Assembly: GCA_963771175.1 (NCBI GenBank)
Contig: CAVYSY010000008.1
Span: 1-64,000 of the forward strand
Length of the DNA stretch: 64,000 bases
Direction of reading: 5' to 3'
From: an uncultured delta proteobacterium
GTDB taxonomy: Bacteria > Myxococcota > Myxococcia > Myxococcales > Myxococcaceae
Shown: one piece after another, positions 1-10,553 of the stretch
Position numbering within the stretch: position 1 is the first letter of the stretch
Layout of the letters: every line of letters begins with the position of its first letter
Translations under genes and position numbers: made by a program
The notes under the pieces: model-generated
What the model was told of the DNA's origin: nothing
Seen by the model: only the letters and a program-made list of their open reading frames with translations
Database searches by the model: none

Positions 1-141
1 GCACGTGCATCAGCGGCGCGTACGAGGAATTGCGGTGAGGCCAGCTTTCCGCCACCACGTCGCCCGCGACGGAGCCGGGACGGGGCACTCCCCGGTCGCT
101 GGTACTGATAGAATCCACGCCCGGCAGAGGGGCCCTCAAGA

Positions 142-3100
142 ATGAAGATCAATCCAACGCCGGAAGCGTTCGTCCGGCAGGTACGTGAGACGAACGAGAG
201 CGACTATGGTCCCAAGGCCCGTGCGATGGCGCGGACGCTCCTGTCTGCAGGCCTTCCGCACCCTTGGTTGTATGCCTTCGAACTTACGCAGAACGCGCGA
301 GACGCCGGCGCTCGTTGGGTGAAGTGGACCGTGACGGACACCGACGATGTCGTGCTCCAGCACGATGGGCCTGAGCCGCTCGAGGAGCGCCACGTGCGCG
401 GCCTCGCTTCCGTCGGAGCGTCGACCAAGGGCCTTGCCGCGGTGGGGTTCATGGGGGTCGGGTTCAAGGCGGCGTTCTCCCGCTTCAAGACGGTTGGCGT
501 CAGCGGGTTCGGCTGGAAGTTTCGCTTCGACGTGGGGACCGAGCATGGCGACCTTGAGCGGGGACGGCCCGACTTGTTCGACACGTTGCTTCCGTCATGG
601 GACCCGGATCTCTCCGATCCCGAACCCGGCTTCACCACTCGGTTCGATCTCCGCGGTCCACGCGGGCTGGCCAGAGCCCCGTTCGAGGATCTCGCGCACC
701 TGTGCTCCGTGAACGATCCGACGCCGCTTGCCGTCCTGGCGCTACGAGGACTCGAGCGCGTATCTGTCGGAGATCGGACCTGGGATTTGCGCGTAACGGA
801 CGGTATCGCGGAGGTCCACGACTCCGCCCGCGACGCTCCCTGGAGGTGGGTGGTCTTCCGGGCGAGCTACCGTCCGGACGACGCCGCCATGCGGAGGTTT
901 CTCGAGGTCCGGAAGGCTCTTCGCGAACAGGTGGACAGTCACGGGCGAGCGTCCCGCTCGGGAAGTTGTTGCGCTCCTGCCGATTGATGGCTCGGGTCGC
1001 CCCGTCCCTCCCGCCCGTGGTCACGTCTACGCGACGCTGCCCACGCAGGTGGAACTCCCGTTTCGCTTCCACCTCCAGGCGGACTGGCTGGTGAACCTGG
1101 ACCGCCAGAACCTCCGGGATGTCGTCGGCGACCCGTGGCATGAGGCCATCCTGCAGCGGGTACCGGAGCTCGTTTCGACAGCTGCTCCTCTGGATTGCCG
1201 AGCGGCCCGAGGTGCGACGCTCCGGGTGGGAGGCCCTGTTGGTTCCGCGCCCGGATGAGGGAACGCTTGGCGCCGCGTTTGAGAACCTCCGCTCCGCCAT
1301 TGGCGCTGCGATAGGCGACCTTGCCGTTGTTCCGGTTCACGGCGCACCGGAACAGGAACTGCGCAGGCCCCGGATGTCTGGCGCCTTCCGTCCGAGTTTC
1401 GCGCGAAGTTCGGCCGGCGAGCGGGCTGGCGCCCCGACCTGCTCTTTGTGCGCGACGTCATGGACGAGGCGAAGCTGGGAGACTCCGCCACTCAGTTCTT
1501 TCTGTGGCTCGGCTACGGTCCCGAGATCGTTCCCCCCATCCACGCGTGGCCGGCGGCACTCCCCCGCTGGTGGAGCGGAGTCCCAGAGGACGAACGCCAT
1601 GAAGCTCTGTTCGCGCTGTGGAACTCGGTGGCCGCTCCGCCGTGGCAAGAGTCTCCGGTCGTTCCCACCGAGGAAGGATCTGGGTTGGGGCGGGGCGGAT
1701 CCGCTGGCTGAACGAGAAGCCACCGTCGCCGGGGGAGAAGTCCGGCGGAGGTCATCGCGGACGCGTTAGCCGACTTGCTCCCCACGCCCGGGGAGCGCGT
1801 GGCTCCCAGTCTCCGGCAGGTAGTTCAGAAGGCACTTGGCCCAGGAATTACTTGGTTCCGGCGGATGAGGCAGGACGTCGAGCTCAAGGCCGCCGTGCGG
1901 ACGGCACTCGCAGACAAGGCCCGGCCGGGAGACGTTCCCATTCGTCCAGTTGCTCGACTTGGCGCTAAGCCGCGGCCACCGTGCGGACCTTGTGCCATGG
2001 CTTCTCACGGAGGAAGGACCGCGGGAGCCTGAAAATGCGCTGCTCGCGGACCCTTACGTCGCGGGCGGCATGCATCGTCGCACCCTCTTCCGGGAACCTT
2101 CCTGCCATCCACCGGGGCTACCTCGACGTTGCGTCGGTCGAGTCGCTCGTGGCGTTCTTTCGCAAACTCACGGCTCGTGGCGACGTCGCGCTGCTTCGTC
2201 AGGGGACGCCAGTGGGTCGCAGCTCGGCGTCGCGCGGGAGCTCGGCATGAAGAGGAGCTCGTCGAGCCCGCCAATCGCAGAGGGCTACTCGATTGTCGAC
2301 ATGGTCTTTCCCGTTCGCTGCGTCGGTCCCGCCGGAGGCGCTCGCGGATTGGCTGTCGAGGGGGTATCGCACGCTGGGCGGGCAGGGCCGCATCTTTGCC
2401 GAGAGCGCCTACTACGTCGAGTTGGTCACACGCGGCGCACGCAAGGCCCACTGGGTCCTCTCGTTGGAGGAGGTGGCGTGGGTACCTTGTACCGACGGCA
2501 AATGTCGAAAGCCGGCCGACGTAAGGTTGCAGGCCGATCCGGACTACGAACACGTGTACCATCGCTGCCTTGGACACGGAATTCGGCAAGTGGTTACAGC
2601 AGAAGGGCGTGGAGTTCGGCGCCAACGTTTCAATGGCGCCTGCCCTGCGCCGGCTCGCATCCCGCGGCGCTGGTGCTCTGGAGGACAAGGTCTTGGCGCG
2701 ACTCCTCCACGGCGCCCGCACGTCCGTGGACGCTGGAGAAGCGACCGACTCGGCGCTGAACGAGGCCTTGTCAGTCATCCGGGTCCGGGAGCACCCGCTG
2801 GATCGGATCGTCCGACGTACCGGAGTGGGGCCCGGCCTAAGGAGCGATCTCGACGGCTGGGTGCTCGACCTCACGGCATTCGATCCGTATCTGCAGTACG
2901 AGCTCCAGCAGGTCCGGCCATCGATGCCCGCGACGACCACCGGGTCCCAGGCGCTCGCGTTTCCTGTGCAGCATCTGGGAGGAGCGGCCGAAGCGCGTCG
3001 ACGAGCTAGGCGCCACCTTGCGGCTGCGTACCGGTACGTGGCGGACGATCTCGATCGAGGATTGCTGCGGAGAGCGTGGAACGCGGCGCTCCGAGGCGCG

Positions 3101-4770
3101 TATCTGTACGGAAGTCGAGAGTGGCACCCGCTCAGCCCGATCCTCGCGGTGGACGACGTCCAGTCGCCGCTCATCCGCAGGCACCTCGCCGGGCGCCGTG
3201 TCCGTCGCGAGCGCCCACCTCGGCGATGGGCGAGAGCAGGTGAAGCGGGTGGCCACCGGAAGCTCGGAGTCGGCCTCCTAAGCGATCGCATCCGGCTGGT
3301 TGAGGGACGGGCGATTGATCGCCCCACGTTTGCCACCCGCCTTGAACGGCTCGTCGAGATGCTGTCGGCGCTTGATGCCGCCGCGTCATCGAAGCAGTCG
3401 GTATTGTGATCGACTTGAGCTCCACATTGAACGGCCGGACTTGCCCGCTCCGGCTCCCGGTGTCGGCCTACATTAATCGGGCGCGGCTGGTGGTGGCGGG
3501 CCGACCGGCGCGATTTGCGACCGAGGCGGCCGACCAGCTCGTCCAGTTCTTCCAGCTCGGGCAACGAGGAAGCGAGGTTGCCTGGCTCACGGGGGCGCTG
3601 CATCCCCTCGACGACGAAGACCGAGTTTGAGGAGTCGCTTCGGATGCTGGCTGAGTGCCTGGGCGTCCCACCACCCCCTGGAGACGTCGAAGTACCGAAG
3701 CCCGATTCGGACGATGGGCTAACCCGCGCGTCGCCGTCGCCCAGCGCACCAATCGAGACGACGAACCCCCTCGCCTGATGCGGACCCAGCGCCATTGCTG
3801 ATCCTGACGCCGGGGCGCCCGGCGCCTCGCCGCCTCTCACTCCCGCGAAAGTCGGCCCCCTTCCGCTGGACGCGAAACCGGCGGCCGCGAACATTTCGGA
3901 CGCGGGGCCGCTAGGCCTCGCCGTCCTCCGAGGGAAAGCGGCCGCGCGGAGGACCCACCCCTCCCGCGGCCCGGATCCATCGCCGGTTGCCAACGGTCCG
4001 GAGCCCGGACCGGACTGAATATCCTCAAGTACTTGGTGGTGGACCGGGGTGACGATACGGTCGGCAACGGGGCGAGCCGACCTCGAAAAGACGATCACGC
4101 GGCCCGGGAGGCTGTGCTCCGGTACGAGGCCGCCCGCGGGTGGAGCGCTCAGGCCATGGACGATCTCCAGCCGGGCTTCGACGTCGAGAGCGTCGATCCT
4201 GCCTCAGGGCGCTGCCGTCGCATCGAGGTGAAGGGGAAGGAAGGCGTGTTTCAGGAGGATGCGAGCGTCGCTCTGAGCGCGCGGCAGTTCCGGGACGCCG
4301 TCGCCGCAGTGGGATCCGATATCGAGTACTGGCTTTATGTGGTCGACCGTACGACGACCGACGAGCCGCGCGTGTACCCGATCCCCTGGACGCGCTATCT
4401 CGACCAGCTCAAGTACGGCTTCTACGCCCACGCGTGGCTGGACGCCGTCGACCGCGCGGAGCGGGTGAATCCGAGGCCGAACGCGCCACACCGGAAGTAT
4501 TCTCCGGCGCGCTCGCCGGCATCGCTGCGAAACGGGACGTTGAGTACGATCGCTGAGGACGGTGCCGGGAACCAGACCAGCAGCCCGGCCCGCTTCGACG
4601 AGCGGATCGGGGCGGTCACGACGGGGCACGGCGAGCTCTTGGAGCTGTGGGCCGCCGAGGAGGATTCCTCCCTGCCGCCCCGGCTCGCCGATCAGGCCCG
4701 CGCGTGCCTTGGGGCCTTCGGGCTGCCCCATCCGGGCGAGGAACTCGCCAGCCTGCGCACCCTTCACTGA
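142..4770 (+). CDS. Large sacsin/NO VEIN-like protein: N-terminal GHKL ATPase, C-terminal DUF3883-like PD-(D/E)xK nuclease; split by many frameshifts
   Basis: ELTQNARDA and GFMGVGFKAAF (GHKL motifs) in ORF 142-987. YATLPTQVELPFRFHLQADW at about 1030-1090 is typical of this family. AVLRYEAARGW...GFDVES...IEVKG...YWLYVV in ORF 4033-4770. Intermediate fragments read as one gene; the true 3' end may be near 4470. Confidence 0.7.
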
Positions 4771-4803
4771 CGGGGCCTCCCGGGGGGCCCACCTGGCTTG
4801 GGG

Positions 4804-5192
4804 CTACCGCCCCTGCTGGCACTCGTCCCACGTCCGGTACACCTTCCCGTTCTTCGGTGAGACGAAGGCAAGCGCCAGCGGACTCACGCCCTTTGGGGGC
4901 CTGGCTCCACTCTTGACGATGACGCACTGATGCTGGAGGCCGAAGGAGGCGTAGAAGTCCCCGGCCTTGTTCACCTTGTAGAAGGTTACGACTCCATCCG
5001 CCTCACCGACGCCGGCAATGGCGAAGTGCAAGTCCCTGCCTCCTTGTACTCGCAGTCGATGGAGCCGCTGAAACTGTTGGTGGCGCACTTCTTGGCCCGG
5101 GTGACAACGTCGAAGGTTGCTTCAGTGGACTGGGCAAATGCACCCGAGCAGACGAGTAGCGCGAGGGTGGACAGCCGGACTGCGTTTCGCAT
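4804..5192 (-). CDS. Small secreted Cys-containing hypothetical protein (one frameshift near 5035)
   Basis: Signal-peptide-like MRNAVRLSTLALLVCSGAFA (ORF 4986-5192) joins ORF 4804-5088 (DLHFAIAGVGEADGVVTFYK...WDEC). Confidence 0.55.
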
Positions 5193-5473
5193 GAGGACCC
5201 CTGGTTGAGTGAAGGGCCCACTCTATTCCTGGCTGCGACGGTGCATAGCCGCCTGAAGTACTGGGCGCAGCAGGCCGGTCTTCACCTGCCCTCAAGTGCC
5301 GGGCCAGCGCGAGTGTGTCGTGCGGCCCTTGCTGCCCCGAGCAGCTTGTCGGCTCCTCCCCCCGCCTTTCCGGGCGGTGCCCGCCTACTCCGGCCTGCGT
5401 CTCGTGGCGCTCGGGCCCCGGGCCCACCGGCACCAGTCTCCTGGAAATGGGGAGACTGCCAGGAAGCCATGAG

Positions 5474-6887
5474 TGTACCGCGCAGCGTAGATGGGGGAGA
5501 TCGGCCCGGAATTGGACCGACTGGATGATGGAAAGGGGGCCTGGGTTGTGGGGCGTCCCATCACCCAGCAGGTTCGGGTCAGCGCCTGACGGCCGAAGTA
5601 GGAGGAGCCGAGGAGAGAGAGCCGGCGAGCTGAAACGGCATGAAGCCGTCCCCGACGTCCCGGCGAGGGCGGGGGAAGAGAAACAGGGGCAGGTACACAG
5701 CAAGGCCCCGGGCTCCGCCAGAGGCGATGGAGAAGCGGACAGCAGGCCGGCAGCTGGTGCGCAGTCGGGTGGGAGTGGACAGGTGGGCGGAGGCCCTGCC
5801 GAGCGTGGAAGCGGCACGGGCCGGGGCAATGCCGCGGTGTGGAGCGGCCAGCCGGCCGGTGGGGAGCGGCATGGTGTTGCAGGGGCATGGCACGCGCAGC
5901 CGTCAGGTGCGAGGCCCTGCCCAACCTGGGCAGCAGGCGCAGGTGCGGGTGGTGCAGGTGCGGCGCTACCACTGCCTGGCGTGCGGTGGCACGTGCACGG
6001 TGGCCCCCTGGGAGGTGGCGTGGCGGCGGCTGTACTCGGTGGCGGCCATGGCGTGGACCCTGGCGCTGTGGGGGTTGGTGGGGATGGGGCTGGATGCCGT
6101 GCGCCGCCTGGTCAACCCCTGGAAGCACACAGGCGCCAGTGAAGCCGGGCGCTGGCGCACGCCGCTGCGCTGGCTGCGGGCCGTGCACCAGGGGCAGCTG
6201 CTCGCACAGGTGCATGCCCTGCGCCCCTGGCCGCCGCACTGGCGCCCGCGTCAGGCCGCCGGCCACGTCGCCAGCGTCGTGGCCGGCTACGCCCCGCCCG
6301 CCGCTCCCTCCCCGCCGCCAAGTGTGCTGGCATTCCAGGGCGCCGCGCGCGCTCAGTGAGGGACAGGCCCCAGGCCCGGGGCTCGACAGCTTTTCACCCA
6401 CCCGACAAGTCCCCTTCCCGGACCGCTCCTGGCCGGGCACGCTGGAGGTATGCCCTGCCCCCAGGCCCTGTCGGCCCTGGGGCCGACAGGGCCTCACCGG
6501 AGGCAACACATGCGCTCGCTCCTCACGGCATGGAGTCCGACTCGTGCTCCGCGGGCCGCAGCTGCTGCCGCCCCCTGGCTGGCGGGAGCGCCTGATGGCA
6601 CCGGCCGGCGCCACGGCCTGAACGATACGCCGAGGCCGTCGGCCCCAAGCCAGTGCGAGCCCAACACCAGAAGCAGCGCGCCGGATCGGACTCACCCCGG
6701 CCACAGCCCCTCATCGGCCGTGTCCTCACCGCGCGCATGGAACATGATGGCTCCATCACCGAGCCTGCTCCATGTCCGCTCATCCTCGTCGATGTCCATC
6801 AACCAGCCTGCTCCGGACCCGCGCATCTTCGGCGATGCCCATCAACCAGCCGGTCCAAATCTCCATCAACAAGCGTGCGCGGCAACA
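5474..6887. mobile_element. Non-autonomous TG..CA transposon-like element with multiple subterminal repeats
   Basis: Left end TGTACCGCGCAGCGTAGATGG (5474) versus right end read inward TGTTGCCGCGCACGCTTGTTGATGG (6887). TTGGACCGACTGGATGATGG (5512-5531) is inverted to CCATCAACCAGCCGGTCCAA (6839-6858). Further CCATCA(A/C)CNAGC-like copies near 5558, 6753, 6796 and 6863. No transposase visible. Confidence 0.65.
5640..6359 (+). CDS. Transposon-associated Zn-ribbon hypothetical protein
   Basis: PRCG...GHG.R.R...RRYHCLACGGTCTV pattern, like the accessory ORFs that precede DDE integrase/AAA pairs. Start uncertain. Confidence 0.55.
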   Translation: MKPSPTSRRGRGKRNRGRYTARPRAPPEAMEKRTAGRQLVRSRVGVDRWAEALPSVEAARAGAMPRCGAASRPVGSGMVLQGHGTRSRQVRGPAQPGQQAQVRVVQVRRYHCLACGGTCTVAPWEVAWRRLYSVAAMAWTLALWGLVGMGLDAVRRLVNPWKHTGASEAGRWRTPLRWLRAVHQGQLLAQVHALRPWPPHWRPRQAAGHVASVVAGYAPPAAPSPPPSVLAFQGAARAQ

Positions 6888-7659
6888 CCTGGGGGGAACC
6901 ACGGGCTGCCTCGTGGTGGACGCGTACACCGGTTACAACACAGTGACGGTGCCCAACGGACGCATCCGCGTCGGCTGCTGGGCGCATGTGCGCCGCAAAT
7001 TCTTCGACGCCCTCTCCAAGACGCCCGAAGCCCAAGAGGTGCTCGACTCCATATTGGAGCTGTACCGGGTGGAGCACGAGGCGCTCAAGGCCGGCGTGGT
7101 GCGCACGCCCGCCCACCGCGCCCTGCGCCGGCGGAAAGAGCCGTCCCGTGCTGGAAGCGCTGCACACGCACCTGACGGGCAGAAGCCGCTGCACCTGCCC
7201 AAGGGGCCCATGGGGCAGGCCATCTCCTACGCACTCAACCAGTGGGAAACCCTCTGCCGCTTCGTAGAGGACGAGCGGCTGCCATTGGACAACAACCGCT
7301 CGGAAGGAGCGCTGCGCAAGGCGGCGCTGGGCCGCAAGAACTTCCTCTTCGTCGGGCACGAGGCGGCCGGTGAAAACCTCGCGGGCCTCTACGCCCTGGT
7401 GGCCACCTGCGAGGTGAACGGAATCAACCCCGAGGAGTACCTGGCCGACGTGCTGCTGCGCGTGCAGACGCACCCCAACTCGCGCCTCGACGAGCTGCTG
7501 CCGCACGAGTGGAAGCGGCTGCGCGCCGCGGACTCCTCCTGAGCGCTCCCGCGCCCGCAGACCACCCTGCTCATCGCCTCCAGCCGACTCGCGACCGCCG
7601 CCGAGCACGGCCCTGGTCCGCCGCAATCACCCTCAGCACGTCGTCCGCCGGACGGGTAC
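6888..7659 (+). mobile_element. IS66-family element, 3' half only (truncated tnpC 6888-7542 plus right end)
   Basis: LVVDAYTGY, GCWAHVRRKF, DNNRSEGALR..LGRKNFLF and TCEVNGINPEEYLADVL...LDELLPHEW are IS66 TnpC motifs. The right end reads inward GTACCCGTCCGGCGG at 7659. Confidence 0.85.
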
Positions 7660-8380
7660 TCCGGCCCCCGCCACTTCGAACCGGACGGGCGGCTTACCGC
7701 ATCCGGCTCACCGCGGAGGCGTCCTCCGCCGGGGTTATGCTCCGTCCTTCTGGCCGCCGACTTTCGGAACCATGTGGCCCCTACTCCGCCGCTGCCAGCC
7801 GGGGTCGGATTTCGCCCGGCGTTCTATCTTCGCTCCAGGCTCCTGCGGTCCGACGGTGGGCTTTATCATCCCACTCCCGCCTCGCCTCTTGCTCCGAATG
7901 CCTCCGGCAGGGCCCCTTCGCTCCACGGGCATTACCCCGCTTCCTCGCTACTACGGACCCATCTGCCAGGCTCTCGCCTTCGGCCGCACTTCGCCTCCTC
8001 GGCTCGCGCGGCTACCTTGCTTCCACGGGCTTTCTCCGCGGGGCGAGGAGCCCTTCCCTGTTTCCCTCCATGGCCTTGTTCACGTGCCGCCGCCCTCCAC
8101 CCCGCCGGGTGGTCCCCCCAAGGTCGTCTTCGGGGAGAGCCTGCTGCCTTCGCCGCGTCTGAGCCGGCTCGGCACCCGGAGTTGACGAGTCACGAGGCCT
8201 CTTCCGGGCGTTCACTCGTCGTTGCGGCCCGCGCACTCGCTCACCCCGCTTTCCGGGGCTTTGTCGGTGGGCTTCACCGCAGGGGTCTCCCCTCTCGGTG
8301 CCACCCAAGCTATGCGGCTCGACCTTCTCCCGCTTCGGGACTTTCACCCTATGGTTCCATGGACAGCCTCCAGGCATCAC
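7660..8380 (-). ncRNA. Group II intron ribozyme, ORF-less (RT almost wholly deleted), domain VI cut by IS66
   Basis: 5' end GTGATGCC..TGAAAGTCCC at 8380. Domain III-like GTAATGCCCGTGGAGCGAAGGGG. Domain V GAGCCGGATGCGGTAAGCCGCCCGTCCGGTTC at 7709-7678. EBS1 TCAGAC (8162-8157) and EBS2 GACTCGT (8191-8185) are exact complements of exon bases 8381-8393. Confidence 0.88.
7735..7869 (-). pseudogene. Remnant of intron-encoded reverse transcriptase N-terminus
   Basis: MIKPTVGPQEPGAKIERRAKSDP resembles the MIK....LQ.L..KI..KAK N-termini of intron RTs. It sits in domain IV and stops after 44 codons; no YADD motif. Confidence 0.55.
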
Positions 8381-8434
8381 TCAGACGACTCGTAGGGAGA
8401 GGGTGTCGGGTAGGCCGGGGAAGCCCTCCGCGCG

Positions 8435-9154
8435 TCACCCCGGCGCCAAGGGCGACAACGGCCGCAGCAGCCCAGCCCCGTTCAGCAGCTCTTGGACGCG
8501 GGCGGCCAGCGCGACGTGCTCCGGGTTGGCGGCGGTGAACCTCTCGGGCGTGAGGATGACGAGGGTGCCCTTGTCCTCCACGGGCTCGACACGCACGGGG
8601 GCGGGCAGAGGGGGCACGCTGCCGCGCAGCCGCGAGAAGTACATCACCCAGCCCACGAAGGTGTCTGACTCAGGGCTCTTCGTCACGCTGTCGCGGTGCT
8701 CATGGGAGGTCACCACTCCCCACTCTGGCTCCCAGGCCAGGGCCATGGCACGCAACACCTCGGTCATGACGGGAGCGGTCAACACCCGCTCCGCGATGGA
8801 ACCTCGCTTGTAGGGCCGGAGCACGCAGGAGCCGGGAAACCAGGGGGAAGATGAGCCGCACGCCACATCGACGGCGGACGTTTCCCGAGGATTATCGCCC
8901 GCCCACAGCCCGACCAAGAAGCCGTCAGCGATCCGATTCTTCTTCTTTCCGAACAGCTTCTGGAAGCTCTCGGCATCCGTGTTGCGCTGGCGTTTGCGCG
9001 CTTCCTCGAAGGAGCCAGCCGGCTCATGCCAACGGTTCCACGCCGGGTCGCACCGACCGAGGTCGCGGAAAAACCGCTCCGCGCGGCGTGCGCAAGCCTC
9101 AGCGGATTCGGACCGGGCCAACCAGTAGGCGCCAGCGTAGTAGGTCTCATTCAT
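8435..9154 (-). CDS. Imm52-family immunity protein
   Basis: MNETYYAGAYWLARSESAEACARRAERFF...AMALAWEPEWG...FVGWVMYFS...LIL-like TPERFT..NPEHV, the myxobacterial Imm52 pattern. Confidence 0.8.
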   Translation of the reverse strand: MNETYYAGAYWLARSESAEACARRAERFFRDLGRCDPAWNRWHEPAGSFEEARKRQRNTDAESFQKLFGKKKNRIADGFLVGLWAGDNPRETSAVDVACGSSSPWFPGSCVLRPYKRGSIAERVLTAPVMTEVLRAMALAWEPEWGVVTSHEHRDSVTKSPESDTFVGWVMYFSRLRGSVPPLPAPVRVEPVEDKGTLVILTPERFTAANPEHVALAARVQELLNGAGLLRPLSPLAPG

Positions 9155-9168
9155 CGAACGGCTACTCC

Positions 9169-9250
9169 TCACGGCGCCGGGGGAACGTGGATGACCTCGA
9201 TCTCGAGGCCCTCTCCCTTGAACAGCTTTCTGAGTGCATTGAGAAGCGAA
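9169..9250 (-). pseudogene. C-terminal remnant of a Tox-REase-5-like toxin
   Basis: Translates LLNALRKLFKGEGLEIEVIHVPPAP*, stopping about 14 bp before the Imm52 start. No upstream coding region. Confidence 0.55.
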
Positions 9251-9302
9251 ACCAGCCGATCGGCTCTTCCGCGCCCACGGGCTGACGGATATGCCTGCAC
9301 CC

Positions 9303-9629
9303 ATGACCGATGCCATCCTCGTCCTCGTGACCGCGCCCACGGCCGACAAGGCCGCCGAGCTCGCCCGCGCGCTGGTGGAGGAGCAGCTCGCGGCCTGCGG
9401 CAACGTAGTGCCCGGCCTGCGCTCCATATACCGCTGGGAAGGTAAGGTGCACGATGAGGCGGAGGCGCTGCTCATCCTCAAGACACGCGCTCCACTCTTC
9501 GAGGTGCTGCGGCAGCGAGTGGTGGAGCTCCACCCCTACCAGTGCCCGGAGGTGCTGCGGCTCGACGTGGAAGAGGGCCACGCGCCGTACCTGCAGTGGA
9601 TTCGGGACAACGTGCGCCCACCCGGGTGA
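9303..9629 (+). CDS. cutA: Divalent-cation tolerance protein CutA
   Basis: LVEEQLAACGN...SIYRWEGKV...E.LLILKT...HPYQCPE. Confidence 0.95.
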   Translation: MTDAILVLVTAPTADKAAELARALVEEQLAACGNVVPGLRSIYRWEGKVHDEAEALLILKTRAPLFEVLRQRVVELHPYQCPEVLRLDVEEGHAPYLQWIRDNVRPPG

Positions 9630-9701
9630 CGAGCCCACGCGGTCCGGGCGCCCCCCCGGGGGATGCGGACACGAGCCCATCCGTTGCAAGCTGTCGGGGA
9701 T

Positions 9702-10421
9702 ATGACGACCCACCTGCCCTCCTCGCTCAAGCTTCCGCTGCTGCTCTCCCTGCTACTCCTCGTCCCACGCGTGGGCCTGGCCGCGCAGGACGCGCCACTC
9801 GCCACCTCCGAGGAGTCCACCTCCGAGAACACGACGCCCACGTCCTCCGCCATCCCGGGCACGGACGACAAAGCCCCCCTGCGGTTGATGGACGAGCCCG
9901 GCCCAGAGCCCCGGCGCTGGAGCGCGCCCCTGGGACTGCGCATCCTCGCGGAGGTGGCGGCCGGCGCGGTGACGTCGGTGGGCGGCGGCATCGCCGGTGG
10001 ACTCGTCGGGCTGGGCCTCTGTGTGAACACGTATGGCAATGACGAGCTGGGGTGCATGGTGGCGCTCCTCCTCGGTGGCGGCCTGGGCATGGCCGTCACG
10101 TATCCCATTGGTGTCTGGTGGGGCGGCGAGGTCATCGGCGGCGATGGAAAGCTGCTCATGTCCATGGTGGGTCTGGGCGCGGGAGCCCTCGCGGGTCTGC
10201 TGCTGGCCATCCCGGCGAACAAGATCGACCCGAACGGGAATCTCGCCGGCATCGTGGGCGGGCTTGCCGTTCTGAGCGGGCCCATCCTCTTCTACGAGCT
10301 CTCCAACCAGAACAAGGGCCCCAACCAGAGTCACGCCCTGGCCTCCGCGCGCCCCGGCATCCAGCCCCTGCTGTCCCTCTCCCCGAAGGGCGCGCTGTTC
10401 GGCCTGGGCGGCTCCTTCTGA
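9702..10421 (+). CDS. Exported/membrane hypothetical protein, Gly-rich hydrophobic helices
   Basis: Signal peptide, Gly-zipper-like segments, C-terminal GLGGSF. Confidence 0.7.
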   Translation: MTTHLPSSLKLPLLLSLLLLVPRVGLAAQDAPLATSEESTSENTTPTSSAIPGTDDKAPLRLMDEPGPEPRRWSAPLGLRILAEVAAGAVTSVGGGIAGGLVGLGLCVNTYGNDELGCMVALLLGGGLGMAVTYPIGVWWGGEVIGGDGKLLMSMVGLGAGALAGLLLAIPANKIDPNGNLAGIVGGLAVLSGPILFYELSNQNKGPNQSHALASARPGIQPLLSLSPKGALFGLGGSF

Positions 10422-10553
10422 GGCGTTCCACCGAGGTGACCAGAACGTAACACTTCACGCCGGGAGGAAGCCCCCGCTCCCGCCGCGGCGCGTCGTTCCG
10501 GCGTGCTACACCAGGGGCATCTCCATTCTCGCGCACCAAGGAAAGGCCTGCTC

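Noticed and set aside
7686..7697. CGGGCGGCTTAC as the IS66 right inverted repeat (GTAAGC-like)
   Set aside because: It lies inside the group II intron domain V hairpin; the IS66 end fits better at 7659.
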